Assembly: GCA_963821495.1 (NCBI GenBank)
Contig: CAWGEA010000001.1
Coordinates: 323,487-387,486, forward strand
Reading direction: 5' to 3'
Origin: an uncultured Actinomycetes bacterium
Lineage (GTDB): Bacteria; Actinomycetota; Thermoleophilia; Gaiellales; Gaiellaceae
Length of the DNA stretch: 64,000 nucleotides
Shown: positions 63,816 to 64,000 of the stretch, piece by piece
Layout of the letters: each line of letters opens with the position of its first letter
Numbering within the stretch: position 1 is the first letter of the stretch
Notes under the pieces: model-generated
The model's database searches: none
What the model saw: only the letters and a program-made list of their open reading frames with translations
What the model was told of the DNA's origin: nothing
Made by a program: the position numbers and the translations under genes

Positions 63816-64000
63816 CCGCCGCCACCCTTCGGCGGGGAGGCCGCGAAGGTCGCCTGCAGGCCGCGGGCGAGAGCGTCCTTCTCGGCGCTGGAGAGCTTCG
63901 CGTTCGCGTGCACGATCGTGTAGTACCACGGCGGCATCCCGCCGCCGCGGACGGCCTCGGCCGCGTCGCCGGCCTCCTGCGGCCGGTTCCACTCCGAGAA
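63812..64000 (-). CDS. C-terminal end of a heme-binding-domain-like protein (5' part outside the window)
   Basis: 62 codons stay open from the window edge: ...GGGMPPWYYTIVHANAKLSSAEKDALARGLQATF..., resembling the Haem_bd-type C-terminus. Family call is from memory. Confidence 0.45.
   Translation of the reverse strand, partial: FSEWNRPQEAGDAAEAVRGGGMPPWYYTIVHANAKLSSAEKDALARGLQATFAASPPKGGGG

Noticed and set aside
1-64000. CRISPR arrays, rRNA genes, IS elements/transposases
   Set aside because: I saw no regularly spaced short repeats, no rRNA-like conserved stretches, and no DDE or HUH transposase-like translations. The only tandem repeat is the 2 x 24-bp unit at 11941.

Overview
This is a 64-kb stretch of very GC-rich bacterial chromosome. 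The high GC is judged by eye. Arg/Ala/Gly-rich shadow ORFs occur on every strand. Gene content and style (GTG/TTG starts, many 4-nt start/stop overlaps, GC-rich perfect hairpins as terminators) fit Actinomycetota, possibly the Thermoleophilia/Rubrobacteria type; the taxon is inference only. I support about 65 protein genes, 2 tRNAs (Ser-TGA, Ala-CGC) and several terminator hairpins. I see no rRNA, CRISPR array, transposase or integrase. Housekeeping and metabolic genes include serS, citrate synthase, aceB-aceA, cysteine synthase, an SdhA-like flavoprotein, zur-zupT, three ABC-2 transporter pairs, and an OmpR/HK two-component system with a LolA-like gene. Envelope genes include GT4, GT2, a NeuD-like acetyltransferase, a CE4 deacetylase, GH3 and NlpC/P60. 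There is also a PspA/PspAA plus HtpX/PspAB membrane-stress module. The most notable observations are: (1) a five-gene cassette (Trx-fold, O-methyltransferase, alpha-oxoamine synthase, 10-TM GAF/PAS/GGDEF/EAL protein, MFS) that may be a signal synthesis/export/sensing unit; (2) a perfect 43-bp direct repeat of the tRNA-Ala 3' half bracketing a 2.3-kb, more AT-rich insert that carries a BNR-propeller gene but no integrase; (3) an expanded family of large secreted BNR/propeller proteins, including a 1531-aa multidomain protein downstream of a frameshifted, atypical LuxR response regulator; (4) a small Cys-motif ORF translationally coupled to aceB; (5) an orphan membrane-anchored HicB-like protein next to a SigB/F-type sigma factor. 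Start codons were derived from the ORF track plus in-frame offsets and may be off by a few codons.
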